Assembly (NCBI RefSeq): GCF_964355755.1 | Contig: NC_092678.1 | Span: 23,515,365 to 23,579,364, forward strand | Length of the DNA stretch: 64,000 bases | Direction: 5' to 3' | Source: Antedon mediterranea | Taxonomy: Eukaryota; Animalia; Echinodermata | In this document: positions 51,101-62,509 of the stretch, piece by piece | Layout: the number at the start of each line of letters is the position of its first letter | Numbering within the stretch: the stretch's first letter is position 1 | Notes under the pieces: generated by a model | What the model was told of the DNA's origin: nothing | The model's input: the letters and a program-made list of their open reading frames with translations, nothing else | Databases searched by the model: none | Position numbers and translations under genes: made by a program

Positions 51101-53519
51101 AAAACATCTTGCATTCTAAAGCCTTGTCTACACTATCAAACTTTGTGACAAAAAATTTGATGTGCCAATATATGGACAAGATGATGTTACTGTATATCAC
51201 TACCTTATTTAGGCATATCACTCTTTTTTTGTCAAACTAGTTTGATAGTGTAGATAGAGCTTTACACACTTACCATTGTTTCATCTCCCTACATACACCC
51301 CCTGTTTTTCTCTAATCTCTTCTCATCAAAATAAGCTAAGCTCTTCCTATGCTTAGGCCTGCTTGCATGGTTTTCTCAAGACATTTACTGCATGATTGAA
51401 AATGTTCATCTGGTTTGTAGGTAATTATTGGTTTGGAAAAAAGAATATTTTCAAGATATTTACTGCATGAAGAAATGTTTAATACTAACAAAATAACGAT
51501 TTGATGTGATTGCAATTCTACAGTATTAACTGCTTGTTAATGTTATTTTAAATAAAATAATTTATTTTTTCAGATTCGAGATTTAAATGGTATTTCATTG
51601 CTTCTGGATAACTGCTCTATTGATCCTCACAACCCCTGTATCCTTCAATTTATTCCATCTTTAAGTGAACCCTTTTTTTAGAGATCTATGACGCAAATTC
51701 AGATACAATTTCTCTAATTTTTTCACTTATACTCTCTTGGTTTGTTGGTTTTTTTCCACACATAAAATAATTAGTTTCAAAGATACAGTATTATGATATC
51801 TTTAAGTATGAGAGCCAGGCACTGCTATGTATGATGATAATAATTAATTTTGAGCTAAAACCTTACTTGTATGTATTTGAAGTTGTCATCTACATGTCAG
51901 GGAGACACAATTAAAGATTAAATTATCATTATATTGTTTGGCGACCCCTCAGGGTCACTTCACCTCACCTCACCTTTTGGGATTTAGAAAGCTGTCCATT
52001 ATCCCCATTATTGCATTTTTTGTTTAAAAAACTTTTTTACAAACTTCTGCTATGAATATATAGATGACACTTAACAGATGTTAAAATAAAATACACATTT
52101 TTAAATTAATTTTAATTCCGAAAAATTTAATTCATTATATAGTTAAAATGTTATACATCTTTTCCACAAAATACTGCTTGCTTGCTATATAATCATAAAT
52201 GTATTAAACTACAAGTCATTTTTTTAATTAATTTATTTTAGAATTAATTTCAATTCCGAAAAATTGAATTCAATATATAGTTAAAATCTGATACATCTTT
52301 TCACAAACTATTGCTGGCTTGCTATTGTAAATATATGATCATAAATGTATTAAACTACAAAAATATTTTGAAATGAATTTGAATTTCAAGAAACTGTTGA
52401 TAGAAACATGCATTAGGTTGAAAGAAGACATTTCTTGCTGTCACTTTTAATATGTGTCGCTTTGGATTACATTTGTCACTCATTGTCACATTAGATATCA
52501 TTCAAGGTGATATCTGTTTAGTTCATGGCGATTTAATTTAATTTAAATTTTGAGGATATATTATTTATTTCTTTATTCATCATACTTTGCATGTTATGGA
52601 ACGAACACATTCACAAGTAACTTTAATTTAATTGTATTTAAAATGAATGCAATATAAAAAAACGAAAAAAAAAAATACCTCGATCCTCATATTTGAACCA
52701 GAAGTGATATGAAGTTAATTCTGTCTTGTTGAATACATTTTGTGTGTTAAAACGATTTAAAAATACAATATATTATACTATAGGCCTATATTTGTGGCTC
52801 AAGAACCTTCTTAATAAAACACACAACTGTTGTTGGTTATTTCGGACACCTGTTATAAGACCACGCCAAAATGATGTATCATTTATTTTTAGATTGGATA
52901 ATTCAAAGGAAAAAAAAATGTGTCTCAATTATGGAATTTGGCAATAAAAAGATTTTCAAAATTCAGAAATGTCTTTCAATGATACAGTAATAGATTACTT
53001 TAACCTTCAGTTTAATCTTTAGATTCAATTCAAAATAATTTTTTAATCAACAACAATGAAAATCTTAATCTTAATATCAGGTATATAGAGGCCCCTAATA
53101 TCAGTTCTATAAAGGACCCTGTAATATTATCTATAGAAAATGACCCCATAATATTTTTTTCTATAGAGGACCCAATAATATTAGTTCTAAGAGGACCCTA
53201 TCATTTTTTTTTAAATGAAAACATGCAAGGGTTAATCGTCTCTTAAGATGTTTAATAAAATAAAAATAATAACTATACATTATATTATATTTAATATTTT
53301 ATTTATACTTAAAATTTAATTCCTTAATTCAAGTAACTAGTTATAAGTCAATGGGCAACGTTGGCCATTCGTAACGTTTGTGAGAATAACTTGGAAAATC
53401 AACGTTTTATTGAAGAGATGAAAGTACAAGGTGTTGCCAGCAACTCTATGCTACAGGATATGGGGATTGAAACGGAACTACGAGATGGACAAGTATATGT
53501 TAAAACAAAATCAAAGTGA
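36105..53519 (+). CDS. ATXN10: Ataxin-10
   Basis: Nine in-phase exons: 36105-36190, 36572-36760 (ECLRCLRNACVEC), 37309-37485 (LRCAVQVLSN), 37739-37906, 38349-38652, 39049-39154, 42162-42319 (GFKRDLIRLVGNMCFRHKDNQNK), 51574-51637 (IRDLNGISLLLDNCSIDPHNP) and 53341-53519 (FISQWATLAIRNVCENNLENQ...KSK*). These are ataxin-10 domain motifs. Confidence 0.92.
36922..37181. mobile_element. MITE-like element with terminal inverted repeats
   Basis: tgtatgacccactatatga...gggtgcgtca at the left end and tgacgcaccc...tcgtatggtgggtcataca at the right end. Confidence 0.65.
40760..40911. mobile_element. MITE family A
   Basis: TIRs with a tta/tta TSD. Partial copies lie nearby at about 40515-40600 and 41220-41341. 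Confidence 0.85.
42326..42615. repeat. About 46-bp minisatellite, about 6 copies, directly after an ATXN10 donor
   Basis: Unit catgagcagttacactaatccttgcatgcttgttcacatgcttgct. Confidence 0.9.
42795..42973. mobile_element. MITE family B (CG-rich, Harbinger-like)
   Basis: TIR agcgtggttgccactag ... ctagtgggaaccaagct. A near-identical inverted copy lies at 53742-53920, with degenerate copies at about 56258-56370 and 57080-57220. Confidence 0.85.
43125..43475. repeat. About 24-27 bp degenerate minisatellite
   Basis: Unit gtctaggcaatccttattaggta(a/g)cca is repeated about 13 times. Confidence 0.85.
45718..45841. mobile_element. MITE family A
   Basis: TIRs with a tta/tta TSD. Confidence 0.8.
48790..49110 (+). 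mobile_element. Full-length tRNA-derived SINE with a Deu/Nin-like central domain
   Basis: A box tggccgagcggttaa, B box ggttcgagtct, core tcggataaggactataaaccgtaggtcc...gcactttaaagaacc...gagtaggggggttaccccggtgt and an A-rich (aaac)n tail. Confidence 0.85.
49405..49790 (+). mobile_element. 5'-truncated RTE-clade LINE (3' end of the reverse transcriptase ORF)
   Basis: EMWFLRRMMRIPWTDRVSNEDVL...FMGHVLRK...LTGKIEGRRSRGR is a typical RTE C-terminus. It ends in a (ga)n tail and is flanked by the 11-bp TSD atattattaac (49394-49404 and 49791-49801). Confidence 0.9.
51120..51261. mobile_element. MITE family A
   Basis: Both TIRs are present. Confidence 0.8.
51638..53340 (+). other. U12-type (minor spliceosome) GT-AG intron, last intron of ATXN10
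   Basis: 5' splice site GTATCCTT, branch point TTCCTTAAT at about 53320-53328, and a TAG acceptor at 53340 with no polypyrimidine tract. The junction restores NP-F-ISQW. Confidence 0.88.
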
Positions 53520-53741
53520 TCTAATATAGCCTATTAAAACATCTCAAAAGTGTGGTCTGCAACTAAAGGATATGAATATTGAACTTAGAGATGGACAATA
53601 TGTTAAAACAAATCAAAGTAATATAATAGCCTATTAAAATATCTATAAAAAAATGGCCAGCAACTACAGGATGATAATTGAACTTAGAGATTGGTCAAAA
53701 TGAATTACGTTGCGCTTACGTCTTTGCGTTGCGTCTCTTAA

Positions 53742-53920
53742 AGCTTGGTTCCCACTAGAACGTAACGCAAGAACGTAAACGCAACGCAAGCGTTTTAACC
53801 AATGACAAGCGAAGTTATAGACAGTTAGCAATCACAAGCGAATAAGCCATCGCTTGTGATTGGTCAATTCACTTGCGTTGCGTTACGTCCCTGCGTTGCG
53901 CCGCTAGTGGGAACCACGCT
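53742..53920. mobile_element. MITE family B, inverted relative to 42795-42973
   Basis: agcttggttcccactag ... ctagtgggaaccacgct. Confidence 0.85.
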
Positions 53921-54861
53921 TTAGGGAACTAAGCATTATAGTGTTGAACAACATGATTTGATAACTACAATCTCGTAAATGAAGGCTGTTTTAATAAGCG
54001 GTCCTGTAAATTAGGGACAAACCTCGATTCAGAAACCTTGGCATTATAGAATGTTTAACTTGCAGAGAACCGTTAATTGTAATTTTTAATATCATTTTCC
54101 TTTTTAACCTAAATTTATTTCCGTCTGTTTTAAATACATTAAAAAAAAATGTGACCTGGAAATTAGTTTTTGTTTAATTTCATTTAAAATTAAAAACATG
54201 TGTTATTTGAAAATAAATGTTGTAAATTATTTAGAATTCGTAAAGTTTCCTTATTACTTTGGCTCAATATTCACAAAAAAATGGAAAAAAGAAAGAAAAG
54301 AGAGATTTAATTTCATCAAAATCGTTATGTTGAAAAATTTGAAACTAAATGTTGTAAAATATTTAGAATTCGTCAGGTTCCTTCTTATTACTTTGGCTCA
54401 ATATACACCAAAAAAAAAAAAGGGAAAAAAGAAAGAAAAGAGAAATTTGATTTCATGATTTTATATACAATTTTATTTACGTCTGCTTTGCAGTAATTTC
54501 ATAATACATTATTTCATAAGATATAAATTAGCAGTCCATATATACACTAGGTTATCTTTACTCATTCAATGGAAGCCTTTACATCCAGTAGTCTACTGGA
54601 TATGCAAAATATATACATTATCCTATATTTACACACTAATATTAATATACTTTATAAATAGAATTTCTCTCTACATAGGTCAAAGGTCGAATGTTGTTTT
54701 GGTCAGTCCTTCATTTTGTTCATTTATAATCATAAATGTCCTCATTTGCATTTTAAATTCATCATTTGAACAACCTCCGTTTCCACTTTTTTTTTAGATG
54801 CATATTATTCCATGTTGTGAAAGCTATGTTCTTTGTGCTTTGTGTATTTGCGTTTGCATTA

Positions 54862-55005
54862 ATCTGCGTTCACATTGAGTCCGGATTCGTTCCGGTTTTG
54901 TACGGAATTCGTCACTTTTTTCAAAATCCAGAATGCGTCAATGCGAACAACCTTTTCCCATTTGTATCCGGCCACCGGATTCGAGGTCTCAATGTGAACA
55001 CAGCT
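54862..55005. mobile_element. MITE-like element in the Wnt7 3' UTR
   Basis: Imperfect TIR atctgcgttcacattgag ... ctcaatgtgaacacagct with tta/taa-like flanks. Confidence 0.6.
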
Positions 55006-55056
55006 TAACGGCCCTTGTTCTTACCCATCGTGTGGACAGAGATGATGTCGAGTGGA

Positions 55057-58000
55057 TCACTTGCATGTGAATTCTTCAGTTCTTTCGCTACATTCATTAC
55101 ACTTTACGTAACAACACCAGAAGAACTTACAATTGCATTGCCATTTTTTCGTATACTGATGCGTGTTATATCCCCTTCCACAACACAACAAATTACAACT
55201 GTCGCTAGTATCCGTAGCAGTTCTGTTGCACACTCGCCCGGTCGTTCCCAGGCTTCCCTCTTTACGATTATTCTCGCAGAAATTAGGCGATTTATGAAGG
55301 AACACCATGTCCAATTTACGTGGCTTTTCAAACCGACTTGAGCTTCTTATCTGTAAAAATGCTGGTAACTGTGTTTTACGAGATCGAACTGGTTCCACGT
55401 GTTTTGACTTCCAGAACCTGTCTTTTAACTTGTTTCCGATGATTCTGAATTGTGGTAATGTTGTCCAACACGTCTTCGTTGTACACGATCCAGATGCACC
55501 ATGGCATTTGCATTCTGTTTTGATGCTGTTCTTAAGAATCTAAAATCGAAATAAAAAGTGAAATTAAGTATAGGCTATGTATGTTCATATTTATTTCGAC
55601 AAAGAAGATAAATAATATATAATTGTTACAGTATAAATTGGGAAATCTCACTGCTTTAAGAATCAATGTAAAAACGGATCCCCGTGCACCAGAAAATAAG
55701 AAACTGGCTAACGCCAAGTCAATAGACTCATGCAGGATTTGTCGCGATATACCTGGGTCACGTCTATTTAAGAAATAAATTTAGGTTTATCCTGGAGTCA
55801 AAGCAGAATCCATAGGATAGGCCTATACTAGATTGGGACTATAAATAATTTAAACTCCTACAAGTGCATAGCGTATTTAAGAACCGGGCAAATAGTATTA
55901 ACTTATTACGTACGTTACGTCCAACGTTATTGTTATGTAGGTTCATCAATGATCTTGCTGTCCTGCTTTTTTCTCTGGCATCCACAAACAACTTTGATAA
56001 TCGAATACCATAGTTAATATCTGCACTACACCCTCCCCACATCCAGCCACCGTCCATTAGGACGCCTGTCTCTTTACTTCGGTCGCAGCTACAATTCGTC
56101 ATGTTCCCTTGACTACACGCCTGCGTAATGGCGAAAGTTACGCCTGCTGAACTGATGGCGTATTGGTAGGCGGCTTCTTTGTAGCCTATTTGGAAGATAA
56201 AATGTATTTATAATCCTACATATTATGATCATACATTATGCAAACATCATTTGACTAAAGCTTTCCACTAGGGCGCAACACACGTCAAGGACGTAACGCA
56301 ACGCAAGTACGTGAGTTGACCAAGTACGCGTTGCGTCATACGTCTTTGTCGTTCGTTGCTGGAAACTAAGTGTACGTTAACATTTAAACTTGTATAGACT
56401 TTATCCAAAAATAGTTGGTGATTTGCGCAATAAAAATAACGTTATTCATGCAGAATTTCAAACTTTTCAACCTAGGCTTTTATTTCACGTTTAACTAATA
56501 TCTTAACATAGGCTTTAATGTCAACTCGAATCGGGATCAGTTCACCCTAGGGAGGTGCTAATATGTTTGGGAACATTCCGACTAAACCCCACTAAACGTC
56601 GCCGTCCAGGCACTCTGATTATTTTCTCTCTAAATTCGTCTTGTTCATTAAATGCAATTTTTGATGTTTTTCATCGTACAATTTTGCCCGAAGGGACATT
56701 AGATTTGTCTTGGGTCTCGACAGAGTTAGACGAAATTTGTCAACATAACTTTCTGACAAGGAAAGTTAATATCATCCACAAATTTTAACAGTATTTATTA
56801 CAATAGGTCAACAAACTCCGAGGATAATGAAGACGTCTAGAACCGAATCACGCTTAAAATAAAAGTATACATTAAACAAAAAAGACTGGTTGGAAGTCAT
56901 CAACACTTTTTTTTATTCAAACAGTACATTATGCCTACGGTCTTTAGTCAAAAACGATAAACAACCACATAGATGTTGGTGTATTTAGAATTGTTGTCTC
57001 ATTTTAAGAATAAACTGTAGGGGCCGAACGTGTAAGTTCATTATAAAATGCATACCTCTTTTCGCTGCGATCATTATTTTGGCATTTGCACGCAACGTAA
57101 CAGGACCACAATGCGCAAATTTGACCAATCACAACAGCGCATCGGCGGATCAAATTGTCGCTTGCTATTGGTCAAATTACTTGTGTTGCGGTTGCGCGTT
57201 CATGCGTTACGTCATGGCTAATGTTTTAAGGATAAAGTGTGTCCACACCCTGTTTAATTTTTTTTGAAATGTGTGAATCACGTGAAATACATTAAATCTG
57301 ACTTGAAGCTTAATTATTAAGCTTAAAAGAGCGTTTTTGGCAACTTAAGTAGGATTTTTCTAATTTGTTACGGTTGATTAAATCTGGTTTGAGGTACAAC
57401 ACAATCTGTATTCTCATCATGACCCTAACTAAAAATGTTTCAAATGTTAAGAAAAAATATATGATTAATTTGAAAAAAATGATTAGTCACATCCGTTACC
57501 CTGGATTAATGCTTCTTATGTAATGTTTAACACATTTTACCTCCCTCAAAGAACATTAGTTTACCACGTGGTACAATTGATATGACCTTTACTTGACCTT
57601 ATGTAGGCCTATATGAACTGGTAACTGTCCAATGATGACAATTTGGTTAATATCTATATTGCAACTTTTGATAAATTTTTGGTTATATACCGTATTTGAA
57701 ATTACATTTTAGAACATTTTAAAATTGATGATTTTCAATGATCATTCGACCTTGATTCGTCAATGACATTTAGAACGCGCGCGCGCGTAAAAATCATGAT
57801 AATCATTATTTTCTTATTCATTAATGTTCTTCCGTCGCACAGTAATGTTCTTTAAAAAAAAACTTTCTATTTACCCTGGATTCAGTAAAATGATTTTTAA
57901 TTGGTAGAACGTGGAAGGCAGTTCACATGTTCATAACGTGTGGTGAGTCCACAGGGATACTTAATGTTCTGCTTCGTTGACTAAGTCACAATGTCCCTTC

Positions 58001-61000
58001 CCAATACATCCACATGACGTTAGACGTAGGATGGCATTTGCTATTACAATATAGTTCATAGTAATCGTTATAATATTCTTGGAATCGAATTGTATTGTTT
58101 TCTATATTTGAACTCATCTTTTTATTCATTCATTCATTTGCTTTAATTCGATTAGTACATCATCATCCATATTATACAAAACATACACACAACAAAAAGA
58201 GAGCAAATATCATCAGGAAAGTAACAATAGCAACTTCCACAAAAACAACCTAAAATATCCTAAAAAAACTATTTACACCAACGCTGATGATGCAGGTTGG
58301 ATTGTGGAAGTACATTAACTATGGTTTTAAACAGACTATATTAGAACTGTCATGAATTCTGTTCTTAAACTACGAATGGAGTTCCTTAAATATTCATAAA
58401 ATGAGGGAACGTTTTATTGTAGTTTTATACCATTTAAAAAAATGTCATACATTTTATGTGCAATAATTGCTTGTCATCTTTTTCTTCTTGTCTTGTATAC
58501 ATATTTTTGACAATGATTTTTACCAAATAATATGAATGAAAGAAGTAGTCTAGTTAACGTATGAAAACAAGCGCATCTTCATTTTCCATATTTTTGTTTA
58601 CATACTGAATTATTGAAACATGTGTTTATGATAAGTCAGTAATATATATAACTTATACTCATGTTTATACCCTGTTAAGTCTCCGTATGTCTATTTCCAA
58701 GTCTGTGTATTAATACAACCAAGATAATATCACTAGTAAATCCAGGTTTAATCCTTCGTAATTCAATTGGATTTAAACGTAAAGTCTTGAAAAACAAACT
58801 TATCCGATCACATTAATACCGTACCACAAATAACTATTCTAATAGTAATCAGATGTTTTTAAAAGGTAACTGTATGTTTACAATATTCATAACAAATATT
58901 GTTATACTTCTAATGATGGATTTAGTGAAGGTAAACTTATTGTTACTCAACTGAGTTTGCAGTTTGTATTTTCTACGGCTAGACTGCAATTGTGCTGGAT
59001 ATTAATTAGACTTGTTGTTAAACATGATGAAATTGTCAATTTTAATAGAAAGAACTTGATAGATTATCACACTTAAATGTGTATCTTATAAGTAGCTTAT
59101 TGTCAGACTGTATCTAATTTCTTTCCATTATCATATGAAAACACCATGATACAGCACCATAGACTATACCCTCACCTTACATGATACAGGCCTCACATGT
59201 GAGACACATAAGATGATGTATTACTGAATGTTCCTATTTATTTATTTTACCTTATTTATAGAAGGTGACCCTAAACAGCGTATGCTGACAACCAAGGGGC
59301 TCTCTTGATGGGTGTGACAGTGGATGTGTGCATATGTGTGCGACAGTGGATGTGTGCATATGTGTGCATACTAGTACACCGGGGTAACCCCCTACTCGTC
59401 TCGAAAGATGTACTAGGTTCTTTAAAGTGCACATGAGCTATAATAAAGTAGTTTTAAAATGTTCTTACCGACTGGAAGTTCGTAGCCGAACAATGACCGT
59501 TTATCACCGACTATCGTACAGTTCCACCGGCCATTGCTGAACTGGTACTCACACTCTGTCTTCCCTATTTTGATACCTTCGGTGATGGCCACTATTGCAT
59601 CTGGACGACTTTGACATATGTTTTTCTGTCGTTCATCTAATCCTGGTATCCTATCACATATTATATTTGCACCCAATGCCACTACAGATGACAAGGCCCT
59701 GTAAGATAATGTTATTTTATTTAATTATTATGATATTGAAAGCATTGCACCGAATATATTACAACGTTGTTTCAATTGACATAAGCAAGGTCATATAACA
59801 AGAGTGTGTGTGAAACGTAGGATTCGAACCCAAATCCCTGTGTCAAAATAATTTAATATCGTCACAGTTTAGACAATATGACCGTCACAAACAGACAAAT
59901 GAACAAAAACATTAGACAAGGCAACATTATGATAAAAACAAAGCAATGTACAGTATGCCTATAAAGTTCTGTTTCCACAAAAAAAAAGGTTTCTTTATAA
60001 CAGTCGGTTTCCAGGTAAAAAGTGAAATTCAGTCATGATAAAATCTGTTCAGGCTATAGGTACTTTTGATTCCAGGTGAATAAACTGCTGAGCTGTAGAC
60101 AATACCATTTTGGTTGTCGGTTCTATAGGCAAACTTGTTCTCAGGTCCGTAATCCCAATTTATCATCTGTTGATTAGTAATTGTATTCCGATCTCTTCTC
60201 TGCTTGAAGTTGAGTAAATTGAATTACCTTGAGCGACCGATAACAGTCAATAATAACACTATTATCCTGCCTTTACTCTTCATATTTTGTACTCCTCATC
60301 AAAATGAGCTTTTTATCAGTAAATTAATCTTGTTTCCGATGACCCAGTTTATTCTCTTAGTTCCGTCACGATTCTCATAATGCTATGTAGCAGTTTTAAT
60401 GTGTTGGTTGTGATGATTTCTCAAGTTATCGTCCGAAAACGAGGCAATCCAACCGCGTCGTGTGATTAATACTACGCACGACCGAAGGCGCGAATTCCCA
60501 GCCAGAAATTGAGTCGACGATTGGGTGCTAATTGCTAGGTTAGATCAACAACAGCCTAGAGAATGGATGCAAATAAACTCTATTTTTCAGCCAATAACTT
60601 ATAACATTAGAATGCGTACTTCGATACCGACTCCCGGGATTTTACCAGAGTTACACGAAGGAAGTCACTGCATTTTATTATTTATCCATTTCATATTAGG
60701 GCCTATTTTAGTAACTGTAACTGTATTTAAACTGTATGTCTATACGTACTCCATCTTAAATTATATTTTAGTAACGTTATTAACAAACTAGCGTGGAAGC
60801 ATTGAGAATCGACTGATTATTAACACTGTTTCTTATATCGTGCTATATCAACCCCATCTTCAACCTTGATGTAAAATAGGCTAAATAGGTAAGCGTTACT
60901 TATACCAGTAATGTACACCAACTACTGATAGTCATCTAATTAGGCTTAATTTTAACCTTAATAATTTAAACCTACTTACCTCAAATCGTACAACGAACTT

Positions 61001-61050
61001 AGGATGAGATGACTAAGAAATACAGTGAAGAATGCACTATTTATGTGCAT
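55057..61050 (-). CDS. WNT7: Wnt7 ligand (351 aa), complete
   Basis: Four in-phase exons: 61050-60980 (signal peptide [24 protein letters not shown]), 59698-59469 ([14 protein letters not shown]...RWNC), 56185-55914 (WGGCSADI...LMNLHNN) and 55539-55057 ([23 protein letters not shown]...[37 protein letters not shown]). The motifs are diagnostic of Wnt7. Confidence 0.96.
59250..59438 (-). mobile_element. 5'-truncated Deu-like SINE with a different 3' tail
   Basis: 59370-59438 matches the core of 22670-22735, whereas 59250-59370 differs from the tail of the other copies. Confidence 0.65.
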
Positions 61051-61997
61051 GTTAACCGCCGACTTAGTAATAACTTATAATGCGTATTATTCCAGTGTGG
61101 TCGGCTTAATGTCCAAGATTTGCACATTAGTAAGCCTCACGCTTTTCTACATTACCCACCACTAGTATGCTTAAGAAACCTCACAATCGCAAAGTCAAAC
61201 AATACATCTGATTGGTCAGTGAAGTGTTGCTGAAACTTTGATCGCTAATTCTGAATGGTTGTTGAAACCAATCGGTTATAATATCGGTAAGCACAACATG
61301 TTTGCCTTCGGGTCCATCTAAAGTAGTAGTAGCCCCTCAGATTGTCAACATAATGATGCTGGTCAAATTAATCGTCTACTAGTGTTTTCGTAAAGTGTTA
61401 CGTTACTCTTGTGTAATATGAATTTGCTGGGTAACGTGTAACTTCTCTTTTGTTGATGAGCTATGTACGATGATTCAGTCATCATGTGCGTGTTTCTTAT
61501 GTTATACTTATGTGGTAGACACGTATGACTAAAACAAACGGTGTTGAACATTTCTCGAAGCCCTCAATGTTTTTAAAGACATTATACCATATTCATTCAT
61601 TTATTTATTCAATAGTATGTAGGCCACTAGCCCAAGTACGGTACAATAATGGAAAATAGTACAGCTTGATATGGCAAAATTTCTCATTGTTCTTTTCAAC
61701 ATACACTAATTTCGTTTCCAAAAATTCTGCTATTTTTCCCTTTCATTTAAGAACAATTATTCAACAAAGGTTCCTTTAAAAATTCAATGATTCCAAATTT
61801 GCTCAACCAAGATTTTACCGTGATGTTTACTATCTATTTCACCAAACCACACAAAACACAACAGTGAAAAAAATAAGGAAAATAGCTTGCGCTAGTCCAA
61901 ATCTTAACAACATTAATAAAGTTTATCTACTCATTCCCCGAATGTTGCGTTATTTCCAATAAGTTTTGTTTTTTTTGTTTTCATGTTGAGCCTTTCA

Positions 61998-62403
61998 TTA
62001 AGGATATGTTTGACATTCATCATGTTAATCATGTTTAGCCTAAATGTTAACCATACACCGGGCCATACACCATGTCGAATGTTGCTGAATTAAGGATATG
62101 TATGACATTCATAATGTTAATCATGTTTAGCCTAAATGTTACCCATACACCATGTCGAATGTTGCTGAATTAAGGATATGTATGACATTCATAATGTTAA
62201 TCATGTTTAGCCTAAATGTTAACCATACACCATGTCGAATGTTGCTGAATTAAGGATATTTATGACATTCATAATGTTAATCGTGTTTAGCCTAACCATA
62301 CACCATGTCGAATGTTGCTGAATTAAGGATATGTATGACATTCATAATGTTAATCATGTTTAGCCTAAATGTTACCCATACACCATGTCGAATGTTGCTG
62401 AAT
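61998..62403. repeat. About 80-bp tandem repeat, about 5 copies, upstream of Wnt7
   Basis: Unit ttaaggatatgtatgacattcataatgttaatcatgtttagcctaaatgttaaccatacaccatgtcgaatgttgctgaa. Confidence 0.9.
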
Positions 62404-62509
62404 GCTTATAATAATAGAATGTAATTCCTTTGAACTACGTTTACTTCACCAGAACGACCTTGTGTAATAACATCCTGAAAACAATACAAGTGACATACAT
62501 TGACTTTAA

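Noticed and set aside
52100-54460. Two local AT-rich duplications (about 52100-52340 and 54195-54460) and the associated K-rich ORF
   Set aside because: These are ordinary low-complexity tandem duplications with no coding signal.
54766-55543. Plus-strand ORFs antisense to the last Wnt7 exon
   Set aside because: They are shadow ORFs of the Wnt7 coding strand and of a MITE.
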